A stretch of 64,000 nucleotides of DNA from Vicinamibacterales bacterium (GTDB lineage: Bacteria; Acidobacteriota; Vicinamibacteria; Vicinamibacterales; UBA2999): contig DATKDY010000215.1 in the NCBI GenBank assembly GCA_035512515.1, positions 1,294 through 65,293 of the forward strand. Direction: 5' to 3'. The stretch's first letter is position 1. Each line of letters starts with the position of its first letter. Positions 1-8,792 of this stretch are shown one piece after another. The notes beneath the pieces were generated by a model, which searched no databases, had not been told where the DNA came from, and saw only the letters and a list, made by a program, of their open reading frames with translations. The translations under genes and the position numbers were made by a program.

Positions 1-1149
1 GTCGATGAGCCCTTCCCAATACGAAATTCCCGCGCCCTCGGTCGAGAGCTCCTGATTGTCGAGCGGCGTCGTCACATCGAGCATGAGTTGTGCCTTCGGA
101 ATCTGAATGACCCAGCGAATTGGATACACGGCGCCTGACGGCGCGCGGAACGTTGCGCCGGCGGGCGTCATGGTGAAGTCCTCCGCGGCCAGATGCGTCG
201 TTCGGCCCTCCCGATCGACGAGCGTGCCGCTCGATCGCGGATCGCGTGAGCCGTCGCCCCGGCGCAGTTGATAGAGCATGAGGTCGCGGCCGTCGGCAAG
301 TTGAATGGCCATCCAGTCCCAGCCCTGTTGTTCCTTCTCGAGGAACCTGGTGCCGAACTCGCGGTCCATCCAGCTCTCGCCGGCGACCTCGAACCGCTCG
401 CCGTCGATGACGAGTGATCCACGGGTCGGCATGCGCGTCAGCGAGTAGTAGTGCGAGGCGTTGCCGGCCATGGCGCCTTTCTGGCTGATGCCGTCGATGC
501 CGTTGATCGCCGGCGGCTTGCCCTCGTCCAGCACGAGATCGACGCCGGCGTTGTGGCTCATGGCGCGAATGAAGTGGGCTTGGGGGGACGGGACAGCCTG
601 CCCCGTGCTGTCGTTGACGAGCCCCGCACGCCAGTCTTCGTTCCACACGTGATAGCGGTCCGTCGCCGCGCCGGCCAGGCCGGGACCGCCGCGGCTGAGG
701 CGTTCGTCAAACCGATACCGGCGACCCACGGGATCCGAAACGGCGAGATGCGTCATGAACAAATCGCGCACCGCCCACCGCGACGGGTTGGCCGGCGCCG
801 GATCGACACCCACCCGGAAGAACGTCACCTGATAGCCAAAGCGGCGGCCGTCGCGCGTCTGCACGTTGCCGGTGTAGTACCACCACTCGAGCTTGAACTC
901 CGGATGACTCGCATGATCGCGCGGGAACGCGAAGCGATACCCGGACGCCGCCTCGTGCCACGCCGGCTGCGCCAGAGGTGATACCGCCAGGCCACAGAGA
1001 CACAGAGACACAGAGAGGAGCACCGAGCGAAAGCCAATCAACGATCCCGCCCGCGCAACCGGTCCTGCCGGCGAAGCCAGCCCTGCCGCGCGAAGCGCGG
1101 TCCTGCGGGCGCAGCCCGTCCTGCCGGCGAAGCCGGTCCTGGTGTTCAT
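1..1149 (-). CDS. AttH-like / CrtC-like (hydroxyneurosporene-synthase fold) secreted protein; 3' end lies beyond the window start
   Basis: Own translation of the minus strand; it is absent from the ORF track because there is no stop inside the window. Sequence: ...LLSVSLCLCGLAVSPLAQPAWHEAASGYRFAFPRDHASHPEFKLEWWYYTGNVQTRDGRRFGYQVTFFRVGVDP... The EWWYYTGN block is typical of the AttH/CrtC family. ATG 1149-1147 overlaps the permease TGA by 1 nt; an alternative TTG at 1041 sits directly before the signal peptide. Confidence 0.7.
   Translation of the reverse strand, partial: MNTRTGFAGRTGCARRTALRAAGLASPAGPVARAGSLIGFRSVLLSVSLCLCGLAVSPLAQPAWHEAASGYRFAFPRDHASHPEFKLEWWYYTGNVQTRDGRRFGYQVTFFRVGVDPAPANPSRWAVRDLFMTHLAVSDPVGRRYRFDERLSRGGPGLAGAATDRYHVWNEDWRAGLVNDSTGQAVPSPQAHFIRAMSHNAGVDLVLDEGKPPAINGIDGISQKGAMAGNASHYYSLTRMPTRGSLVIDGERFEVAGESWMDREFGTRFLEKEQQGWDWMAIQLADGRDLMLYQLRRGDGSRDPRSSGTLVDREGRTTHLAAEDFTMTPAGATFRAPSGAVYPIRWVIQIPKAQLMLDVTTPLDNQELSTEGAGISYWEGLID
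993..1016. repeat. 3 x 8-nt tandem repeat CACAGAGA inside the signal-peptide coding region of the AttH-like gene
   Basis: cacagaga occurs at 993-1000, 1001-1008 and 1009-1016. The 24 nt total keeps the frame, but the unit length is not a multiple of 3. Confidence 0.9.
1061..1148. repeat. Degenerate ~18-nt tandem repeat (GGTCCTGCCGGCGAAGCC-like, about 4.5 copies) between the permease stop and the AttH-like signal peptide
   Basis: ggtcctgccggcgaagcc at 1061-1078, cgtcctgccggcgaagcc at 1118-1135, degenerate copies in between, and a partial ggtcctgg at 1136-1143. Confidence 0.75.
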
Positions 1150-3833
1150 CATTCGTCCTGCGTCAGCACGAGCTGGGCGGCGCGCCGTGCGGGATAGAGG
1201 CCGGCCAGCGCCGTCGCGACCACCACCGCGATGGAAATCTGCGCCAGAAACGCGACCGGGACACGAAACTGGATCGTCCATCCGAAACTCTGAACGTTGA
1301 TCACGTACACGAGGATCACGGCGAGCGCGAGGCCGACGACCAGACCAATCGCCTGACTGACGCCGCCAATGAGCGCCGCTTCGATCACCACGGCGCGACG
1401 GACCTGAGACCTCAACGCGCCGACCAGCCTGAGCATCGTCAGCTCACGCTGCCGTTCGACCACGAGCGTGAAGAGGGTGGCCGCGACACCCAGCATGGCG
1501 ACGATGACGGCGATGATCTCCAGCGCATAAGTGATCGCAAACGTGCTGTCGAAGATGCGCAGGATCTCCGCGCGCAGCGCGCCGTTGGTGTAGATGAACG
1601 CGCGGTGTCCCTCGTCCAGGCTCTGCAGAATCTCGGCGCGCACCCTCTCGGCGTCGGCACCCGGTTTGAGGTACGCGGCAAGACCCGACGGGGCCATGGC
1701 GCCGAAGTACTTCGTGATCGTGCGGTGATCCATGATGATGACGCCGCGTTCGACCGCATAGTCGTAATACACGGCGGCAACTGGAAACGGCCGCGGCCCC
1801 AGCGGCGTGTCGAGCGTGAGCGTATCGCCCGGCCGCGTGCCGTACTTGTTGGCGAAGGCTTCCGACACGATGACCGGCTCGCCGGCCATGGCCCGGCCGA
1901 GCGCGGCGCGTCCGTCGGACGGCTCTTTGAAGAGCAGCGACCCGCGGGCCAGCACGACGTCAAAGCTGGCCGCGCCGAGGACGACGAGGTTGTCCTGGTG
2001 GACGAAGTCCACATTTCTCGCCGAGTCGAGCGCCTCGACATCGGGATGCGCGCGCACGGCGTCGATGACCGCGGGCGACAGCGTCTGCGCCGAGCCGACG
2101 GTGGGCCGCATGCCCGGCCCGATGAACAGATCCGCCTGCAGCGTCTGGCCGACCCAGTACACCACGGTGTCGCGAAAGCTGCCGATCATCACGACGACCG
2201 CGACCGTCATCGACAGGGCGACGGCAAGCGCCGCAATTGAAATCGACAGCCGTGGGATGGCTGCGGTCAGACTCGCATGCGCCAGCAAGCCTTCGACACC
2301 CAGGACACGGCGAAGCGGCGTGCGCAGCAGCCGCGCGAGCCCGTACACGACCGCCGGCACGCACAACGACGCGCCGATGATGGTCACGAACGACGAGAGA
2401 TAGCCAAACAGTGGGCGACCGTTGACCGGACCCAGCAGCGCGAGGCCGCCGGCGGCGGCAAGCGCGATGGCCGGAAGGACAAGGGCCGACGCGGGCAAAC
2501 CAACCCGCGTCGTCAACCGATCGTGCCCACGCATCGCCGCCGTCGGTGTGACCTGGCTCGCCTCGCGCGCGGGCAGCCACGCGGCGACGAGCGCGAGCGG
2601 AAAGCCAATCGCAAACGCCAGCACCACGAGCTCCCACGTGAGTGCCGGTGTGCCGGCGGCCGTCGCGATATACAGCGTGCTGACCGTTGCGCTCGTCAGG
2701 CCGACCGCGAAATCCGCGAGCACGCGGCCGAGACCAATGCCCAGGAGCGAGCCGGCGACACCAAGCACCGCCGCTTCGCCCAGGAACAGTGCGAGCACCT
2801 GGCCCCGCGTGACGCCCAGCGCCCGGAGCGTCCCGATCTCCTCACGCCGCGCAATCACCGAGATGGTCACGGTGTTGTAGACCAGAAAGAGCCCGACGAC
2901 GAGCGCGACCCACGACATCGCCGTGAGGTTGGTGTGAAACGCCGCGAGCATCCGCTCCACCTGCTCGCCCCGCCGCGACGGGCGCTGAGCGGTCAGCCCG
3001 GCCGGCAGGCGGGCGCCAATCGCTGCGACGATGGCATCGATGCCGTTGCTGTCGGGCGATCCGGGCAGCTCGACATCGATGCGATCGATACGCCCCAGTC
3101 GCGCAAACGCGAACTGTGCGGCGGCGATGTCCATCAGCACGAAGCTGCCGTCCATCACCCGGGCGGGGCCCTCGTCCTTCAGCAGGCCGCGGACGACATA
3201 CGTGTTGATGCGATCGCCGGCCATCAACTGGATTTCGCTGCCGAGCGCGTAGCCGCGCCGTTCGGCCAGCTTCTCGGTGATGACGACGGATTGCGGGCTG
3301 GTCAGAAGTTCGAGAAACCGTTGCGGCGTGATCTCGCCGCGGTCCTCAGTCAGCACCGACCCGTCGGGTGCGGCGGCCGCGCCAATCATGTACTGGCGCA
3401 GCGTGCGATCGCGGAGGATGTCCACACCCAGCACTCGCAACGCCTCGGCCCGGCGCACCATCCGCGCCGGTCCCTGGACGAGCGCCATCTCGCCGTCGAT
3501 GACGGGACTGGCCGTCCCGAACTCTCGCAACCAGATGAGGTCGGGCAGGACGGTTTCATCGATGCCGCCGACGCCGACGATTTCGACGGCGGCCTTGCCG
3601 GCGACCGTTTCGAGGGCGGTCTCGAACCCGCGGATGGAACTGTGATTGGTCAGTTGGATGGCGATGACGACGCCCACGCCGAGGGCGATGCCGGCGCTCG
3701 TGGTCAGGGTTCGCGCGCGGTCCTGCAGCAGGGGCCGCAGGATGAACTGCCTAAACAGCCGCCAGCGCATCTTCCAGGCGTCCGTCACGCATCCGCTGCA
3801 CGCGCGCCGCTCTGGCCGCCACGTCGGCGGCAT
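1149..3833 (-). CDS. ABC transporter permease, MacB/FtsX type with two FtsX modules (AttF/G-like)
   Basis: 894-aa ORF with TM clusters separated by two large extracytoplasmic domains. It lies between an ABC ATPase and the AttH-like gene. The likely true start is MRWRLFRQF at 3770, which overlaps the ATPase 3' end by 20 nt. Confidence 0.85.
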   Translation of the reverse strand: MPPTWRPERRACSGCVTDAWKMRWRLFRQFILRPLLQDRARTLTTSAGIALGVGVVIAIQLTNHSSIRGFETALETVAGKAAVEIVGVGGIDETVLPDLIWLREFGTASPVIDGEMALVQGPARMVRRAEALRVLGVDILRDRTLRQYMIGAAAAPDGSVLTEDRGEITPQRFLELLTSPQSVVITEKLAERRGYALGSEIQLMAGDRINTYVVRGLLKDEGPARVMDGSFVLMDIAAAQFAFARLGRIDRIDVELPGSPDSNGIDAIVAAIGARLPAGLTAQRPSRRGEQVERMLAAFHTNLTAMSWVALVVGLFLVYNTVTISVIARREEIGTLRALGVTRGQVLALFLGEAAVLGVAGSLLGIGLGRVLADFAVGLTSATVSTLYIATAAGTPALTWELVVLAFAIGFPLALVAAWLPAREASQVTPTAAMRGHDRLTTRVGLPASALVLPAIALAAAGGLALLGPVNGRPLFGYLSSFVTIIGASLCVPAVVYGLARLLRTPLRRVLGVEGLLAHASLTAAIPRLSISIAALAVALSMTVAVVVMIGSFRDTVVYWVGQTLQADLFIGPGMRPTVGSAQTLSPAVIDAVRAHPDVEALDSARNVDFVHQDNLVVLGAASFDVVLARGSLLFKEPSDGRAALGRAMAGEPVIVSEAFANKYGTRPGDTLTLDTPLGPRPFPVAAVYYDYAVERGVIIMDHRTITKYFGAMAPSGLAAYLKPGADAERVRAEILQSLDEGHRAFIYTNGALRAEILRIFDSTFAITYALEIIAVIVAMLGVAATLFTLVVERQRELTMLRLVGALRSQVRRAVVIEAALIGGVSQAIGLVVGLALAVILVYVINVQSFGWTIQFRVPVAFLAQISIAVVVATALAGLYPARRAAQLVLTQDE

Positions 3834-4440
3834 GGGTCGCCAGCAGGATGGTGACGCCGAGGTCGCGGTTGAGGTCGCCTAACAGCGTCATCACGCGATC
3901 GCCGTTCTCGGAATCGAGATTGCCGGTCGGCTCGTCGGCCACCAGCAGTGCGGGTTCATGGACGAGGGCACGCGCAATCGCCGCCCGCTGCATTTCGCCA
4001 CCGGAAAGCTGCTGCGGGTAATGCTGCCAGCGATGGCTGATGCCGACGCCGCCAGCCACGCGCTTGGCGCGGGTCTCGGCCTCAACGCCGCGCATGCCGC
4101 CAAGCAGACACGGGAGCATGATGTTGTCGCCGAGCGTCAAGGTCGGCAGCAGGTTGAAGAACTGAAAGACGAAGCCGACGCGCTCGCGCCGGAGTCGCGT
4201 GAGCTCATCGTCCGACAGCGCCGCGAGATCGGTGCCCTCGAAACGTATGTGACCTGCAGTAGGCCGGTCCATCGCACCGCAGAGGTGGAGCAGTGTCGAC
4301 TTGCCGCATCCGGACGGGCCCATCAGCGCGACGAAATCGCCGTGTGCCAGCTCGAACGACACGCCGGCGAGAGCGACAACCCGCGATTCGCCGGACACGT
4401 AGACCTTCTGTAAATCGGTGGCCGTCAGGAGCGACACCAT
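3751..4440 (-). CDS. ABC transporter ATP-binding protein (MacB/LolD-like)
   Basis: Walker [13 protein letters not shown] signature LSGGEMQR, Walker [13 protein letters not shown]; 229 aa. Confidence 0.93.
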   Translation of the reverse strand: MVSLLTATDLQKVYVSGESRVVALAGVSFELAHGDFVALMGPSGCGKSTLLHLCGAMDRPTAGHIRFEGTDLAALSDDELTRLRRERVGFVFQFFNLLPTLTLGDNIMLPCLLGGMRGVEAETRAKRVAGGVGISHRWQHYPQQLSGGEMQRAAIARALVHEPALLVADEPTGNLDSENGDRVMTLLGDLNRDLGVTILLATHAADVAARAARVQRMRDGRLEDALAAV

Positions 4441-4493
4441 CCCAGTCTGTCACAAGGGCCAACGCTGATTCCGCAGGTTACACGGAACACAAG

Positions 4494-4543
4494 AGCCAAC
4501 ACCGATTACACCGATTACACCGATTACACCGATCAAGCGATCA
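4494..4543. repeat. 9-nt tandem repeat CACCGATTA (3 perfect plus degenerate copies) in the divergent ABC / ligD-pol intergenic region
   Basis: caccgatta at 4500-4508, 4509-4517 and 4518-4526, followed by caccgatca and agcgatca. The lead-in gagccaacaccgatt is also found at 24185-24199. Confidence 0.9.
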
Positions 4544-4549
4544 TTTGTC

Positions 4550-4628
4550 TTGATAATCAAAACCGAACCAGCCGTCTTGACCGCCGAGAATTCCCGTATT
4601 TGAGTCAAGATCTATCCGTCAAGACGGC
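4550..4628. promoter_or_regulatory. Candidate operator / 5'-UTR structure: palindrome TTGATAATCAA plus an 11-bp inverted repeat GCCGTCTTGAC...GTCAAGACGGC
   Basis: TTGATAATCAA at 4550-4560. GCCGTCTTGAC at 4571-4581 pairs with GTCAAGACGGC at 4618-4628. Both lie 75-150 nt upstream of the GTG at 4702. Confidence 0.25.
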
Positions 4629-4701
4629 CGCCGCGCCGGCGGCGGGGCAAAACCAACTCTGTGAAACCTGTGTTGGCTCTTGGCGGAACCGGTGAGAACC
4701 A

Positions 4702-6006
4702 GTGAAGACGCCCACTGAGATCGTCGAGCTGAACGGCCGCGAGGTCATTGTGTCGAACCCGCAGAAGGTCCTCTTTCCCGATGCGGGTTACACGAAGCTC
4801 GACCTGGTGCGCTACTACATCGCCGTCGCCGGCGGCGCACTGCGAGGTGCTGGCGGCAGGCCGAATGTGCTCGTGCGCTATCCCAACGGCATCGAACAAG
4901 AGTTTTTCTACCAGAAGCGCGCGCCCGAATCGCGACCGGATTGGATCGACGTCGTCGAGTTGAAGTTTCCATCGGGCCGCACGGCCGAGGAGGTCGTGCC
5001 GCGTGACGCGGCGGCGCTGGCGTGGATGGCGAACCTTGCCTGCCTGGAGCTGCACCCGCATCCCGTGCGCGCCGAGCAGCTCGATCATCCGGACGAGCTC
5101 CGCGTCGATCTCGATCCCGTGCCGGGCGTCGAGTGGGCGCAGGTGCGCGACGTCGCGCGCGTCGTCCACGCCGCGCTCGACGACTTCGGGCTGGTGGGGT
5201 GGCCGAAGACCTCCGGCTCGCGCGGCATTCACGTCAACGTGCGGGTTCACCCGCGCTGGACGTTCCAGGAGGTGCGTCGCGCCGCCGTGGCGCTCGCGCG
5301 CGAAGTGGAGCGCCGGGCGCCGAGCATCGCCACCAGCAAGTGGTGGAAAGAGGAGCGTCACGGCGTCTTCATCGATTACAACCAGAACGCCAAGGATCGG
5401 ACGGTGGCCGCGGCATACTCCGTTCGGCCCAAACCTGACGCGCGTGTCTCCGCGCCGCTCACGTGGGAGGAAATCGACGCGTGCGATCCCGCGGATTTCA
5501 CGATGAAGACGATGCCCGCGCGGTTTGATGCCGTCGGCGATCGGCATCACGACATCGACCAGCATCCGTGCTCGCTCGACGGCTTGCTGGAGCTTGCCGG
5601 GCGGCACGAAAAAGAGGGCCTGGGCGACGCACCGTGGCCGCCGCAGTACAAGAAGCAGCCAGGAGAAGCGCCGCGTGTGCAGCCCTCACGCGCGCGGACG
5701 CGGCGGGCAAGCGCGACCCCGGGTGCGACGCCGGCCGCCAAACAAGCCTCGGCGGGGCGCCGGGTGCCGAAGCATCCGCTCATCGAAATTGCCCGCGCAG
5801 ATCGCAAAGGCGACGCGCTGAAGAAGGTCGAGCAATGGAAGCAGGATCACCCGGACGTCGTCGAGCACCTCGAGCCCGCGGACATTCTGGTGGACGCCAT
5901 GCGGGGGCGCTCGTCCACGTGGACGCGCGTGCGCGTCAATCTGAAGAACGTGCCCGAGGCGCTCCGGCGTTCGCTCGTGCCCCGACCGCGCGCGAAACGA
6001 TCCTGA
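4702..6006 (+). CDS. Stand-alone NHEJ polymerase/primase (LigD PolDom-like) with a basic C-terminal extension
   Basis: The N-terminal ~300 aa match the LigD primase-polymerase domain (NPQKVLFP, YYIAVA, FFYQKR, LDPxP, KTSGSRGIHV). The C-terminal ~130 aa are Arg/Lys/Ala-rich and followed by a small globular tail. Confidence 0.85.
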   Translation: MKTPTEIVELNGREVIVSNPQKVLFPDAGYTKLDLVRYYIAVAGGALRGAGGRPNVLVRYPNGIEQEFFYQKRAPESRPDWIDVVELKFPSGRTAEEVVPRDAAALAWMANLACLELHPHPVRAEQLDHPDELRVDLDPVPGVEWAQVRDVARVVHAALDDFGLVGWPKTSGSRGIHVNVRVHPRWTFQEVRRAAVALAREVERRAPSIATSKWWKEERHGVFIDYNQNAKDRTVAAAYSVRPKPDARVSAPLTWEEIDACDPADFTMKTMPARFDAVGDRHHDIDQHPCSLDGLLELAGRHEKEGLGDAPWPPQYKKQPGEAPRVQPSRARTRRASATPGATPAAKQASAGRRVPKHPLIEIARADRKGDALKKVEQWKQDHPDVVEHLEPADILVDAMRGRSSTWTRVRVNLKNVPEALRRSLVPRPRAKRS

Positions 6007-6009
6007 GCG

Positions 6010-7086
6010 CTACGCGTCGAACGGTCGAAACACCTGCTCGAGCTCGTAAGCGGGGGTGACCTCCAGCTGATCGTAGCGGCAGTCTTCGGGCGGCTTGTCC
6101 GGCCGCCACCGCAGAAAGATCGCCGCGTGACGAAAGCGATCGCCCTGCATGTGAGCGTATTTGACCTCGCAGACACGCTCGATGCGAATCGGCTCCCACG
6201 ACAGGTCTTTGCCGGCGCTCCAGCGGCTTTGTCCACCGGGCATGCGCTGATGCGCGTGGCCGGCGCCCTCGGCCCAGTCGCGCCACGGATGGTCTTTCAG
6301 CGCGTCCTTCCGCAGCGGCTCCAGTTCCTCGGCCAGCGCTTTCCGCCTGGCCAGCGTGAATGACGAGGTGACACCCACATGATGCAGCGTGCCCTTGTCG
6401 TCGTAGAGGCCGAGCAGCAGCGAGCCGACGGCATCCGGCACGTCCTTGTACCAGCGGAAGCCGGCCACGACACACTCGGCGATGCGCGCGTGCTTGACCT
6501 TGATCATCGCGCGCTTGCCGGGTTGATAAGGCGCGTCAACCGGCTTGACGATGACACCGTCGAGGCCCGCCCCTTCGAAGCGCGTGTGCCAGTCGCGTGC
6601 GACAGCGCGATCGCGGGTCATCGGCGTGAGATGGATGGGCGGCACGGCCTTCGCGAACAGGCGCTCGAGCTGCTGGCGCCGCTTGCTCTGCGGTTGCGTC
6701 ATGATGCTCTCGCCATCGACCGCCAGCAGATCGAATGCGACCAGAGACGCGGGGCTTACGGCCGCCAACCTGGCGACGCGCGAGGCCGCGGGGTGCAGGC
6801 GCAGTTGCAGCGCGTCGAAGTCGAGCCCGCGCGACGTGGCGATCACGATCTCGCCATCGACGACGCAGCCAGGCGGCAGCTTGGCGAGCAGCTCGTCATG
6901 CAACTCGGGAAAATACCGATCGAGCGGACGCGAATCACGGCTCTGAATGTAGACGTCGTCCTCTCCCCGAAAGACGATGGCGCGGAAGCCGTCCCACTTG
7001 GGCTCGAACAGGTAGTCGCCGTCGGGGATGGCGTCGGCCAGCTTGGCCAGCATCGGCTCTATCGGCGGGGTGATCGCGAATCCCAC
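6010..7086 (-). CDS. ATP-dependent DNA ligase (LigC / LigD ligase-domain type)
   Basis: Adenylation motif I EPKWDGFR (KxDG), an OB-fold C-terminal region, 358 aa, GTG start. Confidence 0.88.
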   Translation of the reverse strand: MGFAITPPIEPMLAKLADAIPDGDYLFEPKWDGFRAIVFRGEDDVYIQSRDSRPLDRYFPELHDELLAKLPPGCVVDGEIVIATSRGLDFDALQLRLHPAASRVARLAAVSPASLVAFDLLAVDGESIMTQPQSKRRQQLERLFAKAVPPIHLTPMTRDRAVARDWHTRFEGAGLDGVIVKPVDAPYQPGKRAMIKVKHARIAECVVAGFRWYKDVPDAVGSLLLGLYDDKGTLHHVGVTSSFTLARRKALAEELEPLRKDALKDHPWRDWAEGAGHAHQRMPGGQSRWSAGKDLSWEPIRIERVCEVKYAHMQGDRFRHAAIFLRWRPDKPPEDCRYDQLEVTPAYELEQVFRPFDA

Positions 7087-7109
7087 GCAATCATCCTAAT
7101 ATCTGATCC

Positions 7110-8792
7110 ATGCGCCTGCGACGCTTCGTCTCCCTGGCCGGATTCATCGCCCTGCTTGCCACAGTGGCGGCCGCTCAGCCCCCGCCGCTTCGCCCGCCCA
7201 CGCGCGCCGATTTCCTCCGCGGGGAGTACGGGCGCTATCGAGCCAACAATGACCTCCGGCACTACACGCTCGATGTGCGCGTCGATCCCGATCGGAGGCA
7301 TCTGTCGGGCACCAACAGAATCCGATTCCGCATGCTGCGCGACGACACGCGCATCCAGGTGGATCTCTACGCCAACCTGAACGTCGATCGCATTCTGCTG
7401 GGAGCGACGCCTCTGAAGTACACGCGCGAGATCAACGCCGTGTTCGTCGAGTTTCCGGAGCCGCTCCGCGCCGGGCGCGAGTACACGATCGACTTCCACT
7501 ATTCCGGAACACCGATCGAAACGGGCCGGTTTGGCGGCATCGCGTTTCGCAAGGATCCGGACGGCCATCACTGGATCAACACGGCCTGCGAAGGCGAGGG
7601 CTCGAGCATCTGGTGGCCGAGCAAGGATCAGTGGCGCGACGAGCCGGACGAGGGCATGGAACTGCGGGTGGCCATCCTGAGCAATCTCGTTGATGTGTCG
7701 AACGGGCGGTTCCTCGGCAAGACCGATCTGGGCGATGGTTACACACGCTGGGACTGGCGCATTCACTATCCCATCAACTCCTACAACGTCTCGCTCAATA
7801 TCGGCAACTACGTTCATTTCGCCGAGAAGATGGGCGGCCTCACGCTCGACTACTACGTGCTGCCGGCCAACCTCGAGAACGCCAGGCGGCAGTTCGCCCA
7901 GGCCCGGCCGATGCTGGCGGTCTACGAGAAGGTCTTCGGGGAGTATCCGTTCATGAAAGACGGCTTCAAGCTGATCGAGGTGCCGTACTCCGGGATGGAG
8001 CACCAGAGCGCCGTGACCTACGGGAATCGCTGGGCCAACGGGTATCTGGAGCGCGACTGGACAGGCGTCGGCGTCAGCCTCGAGTTCGACTTCATCATCA
8101 TTCACGAGAGCGCGCACGAGTGGTTCGGCAACGCCGTCTCAGCCGCCGACGTATCGGACATGTGGATTCAGGAAGGCTGGGCGACGTATCTCGAAGCGAT
8201 TTATGTCGAACATCTGTTCGGATTTGACGACGCCCTGAAGTATGTCAACGGCTACAAGGAGAAGGTACGGAATCTCGAGCCGATCATCACGCAGCGTGGC
8301 ATCCATCGCAGCCCGCCGGCAGATCAGTACTTCAAGGGCGCGCTCTTCCTCCACACGCTCCGCAGCGTCGTCAATGACGACGACAAATGGTGGGCGGCGC
8401 TCAGGGACGTGTATCAGCAGTTCAAGTATCAGAACATCATGACCGAGGATCTCGTCGCGTTCATGAACGCGCGGCTCGGCATGGATCTGACGCCCATCTT
8501 CGATCAATACCTGCGCCGCGCCGCGCTACCGACGCTGGAGCTCGCGTTCGACGCGGCCGGGAAATCCCTCGCCTATCGCTGGCGTGCGGACGAGCGCGAC
8601 TTCGCGATGCCGATTCGCGTGGGCGTGCCGGGGCAATGGCAGGTTATCCATCCGACGACGGATTGGAAGGTGATGTCGAGCAGCGTGCCCCAGGAGAAGT
8701 TCCAGGTAGCGACGGATCTGTATTACGTCAACGTGAAGTACAGTGGTCCCACCGGAGAGGATGTCGTTGGCCAACGACTGGGCGCGGATTAA
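7110..8792 (+). CDS. Secreted M1-family zinc metallopeptidase (aminopeptidase N-like)
   Basis: HEXXH-X18-E signature (IIHESAHEWFGN...WIQEGWATYLE) and an N-terminal signal peptide MRLRRFVSLAGFIALLATVAAAQ. Confidence 0.85.
   Translation: MRLRRFVSLAGFIALLATVAAAQPPPLRPPTRADFLRGEYGRYRANNDLRHYTLDVRVDPDRRHLSGTNRIRFRMLRDDTRIQVDLYANLNVDRILLGATPLKYTREINAVFVEFPEPLRAGREYTIDFHYSGTPIETGRFGGIAFRKDPDGHHWINTACEGEGSSIWWPSKDQWRDEPDEGMELRVAILSNLVDVSNGRFLGKTDLGDGYTRWDWRIHYPINSYNVSLNIGNYVHFAEKMGGLTLDYYVLPANLENARRQFAQARPMLAVYEKVFGEYPFMKDGFKLIEVPYSGMEHQSAVTYGNRWANGYLERDWTGVGVSLEFDFIIIHESAHEWFGNAVSAADVSDMWIQEGWATYLEAIYVEHLFGFDDALKYVNGYKEKVRNLEPIITQRGIHRSPPADQYFKGALFLHTLRSVVNDDDKWWAALRDVYQQFKYQNIMTEDLVAFMNARLGMDLTPIFDQYLRRAALPTLELAFDAAGKSLAYRWRADERDFAMPIRVGVPGQWQVIHPTTDWKVMSSSVPQEKFQVATDLYYVNVKYSGPTGEDVVGQRLGAD

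Noticed and set aside
978-3854. Long plus-strand ORFs (978..2240, 2277..3854 and others) opposite the ABC permease
   Set aside because: They are Arg/Asp/His-rich nonsense proteins antisense to a gene with clear FtsX/MacB character. This is the typical high-G+C antisense ORF artefact.
4612-5607. 331-aa minus-strand ORF overlapping the LigD polymerase gene
   Set aside because: It has no recognisable motifs and a biased Arg/Gly/Pro composition, and the plus-strand frame carries the full PolDom signature.
7059-8117. 352-aa minus-strand ORF opposite the M1 peptidase (likewise 9688..10986 opposite the kinase)
   Set aside because: It is antisense to genes with unambiguous catalytic motifs and has no domain of its own.
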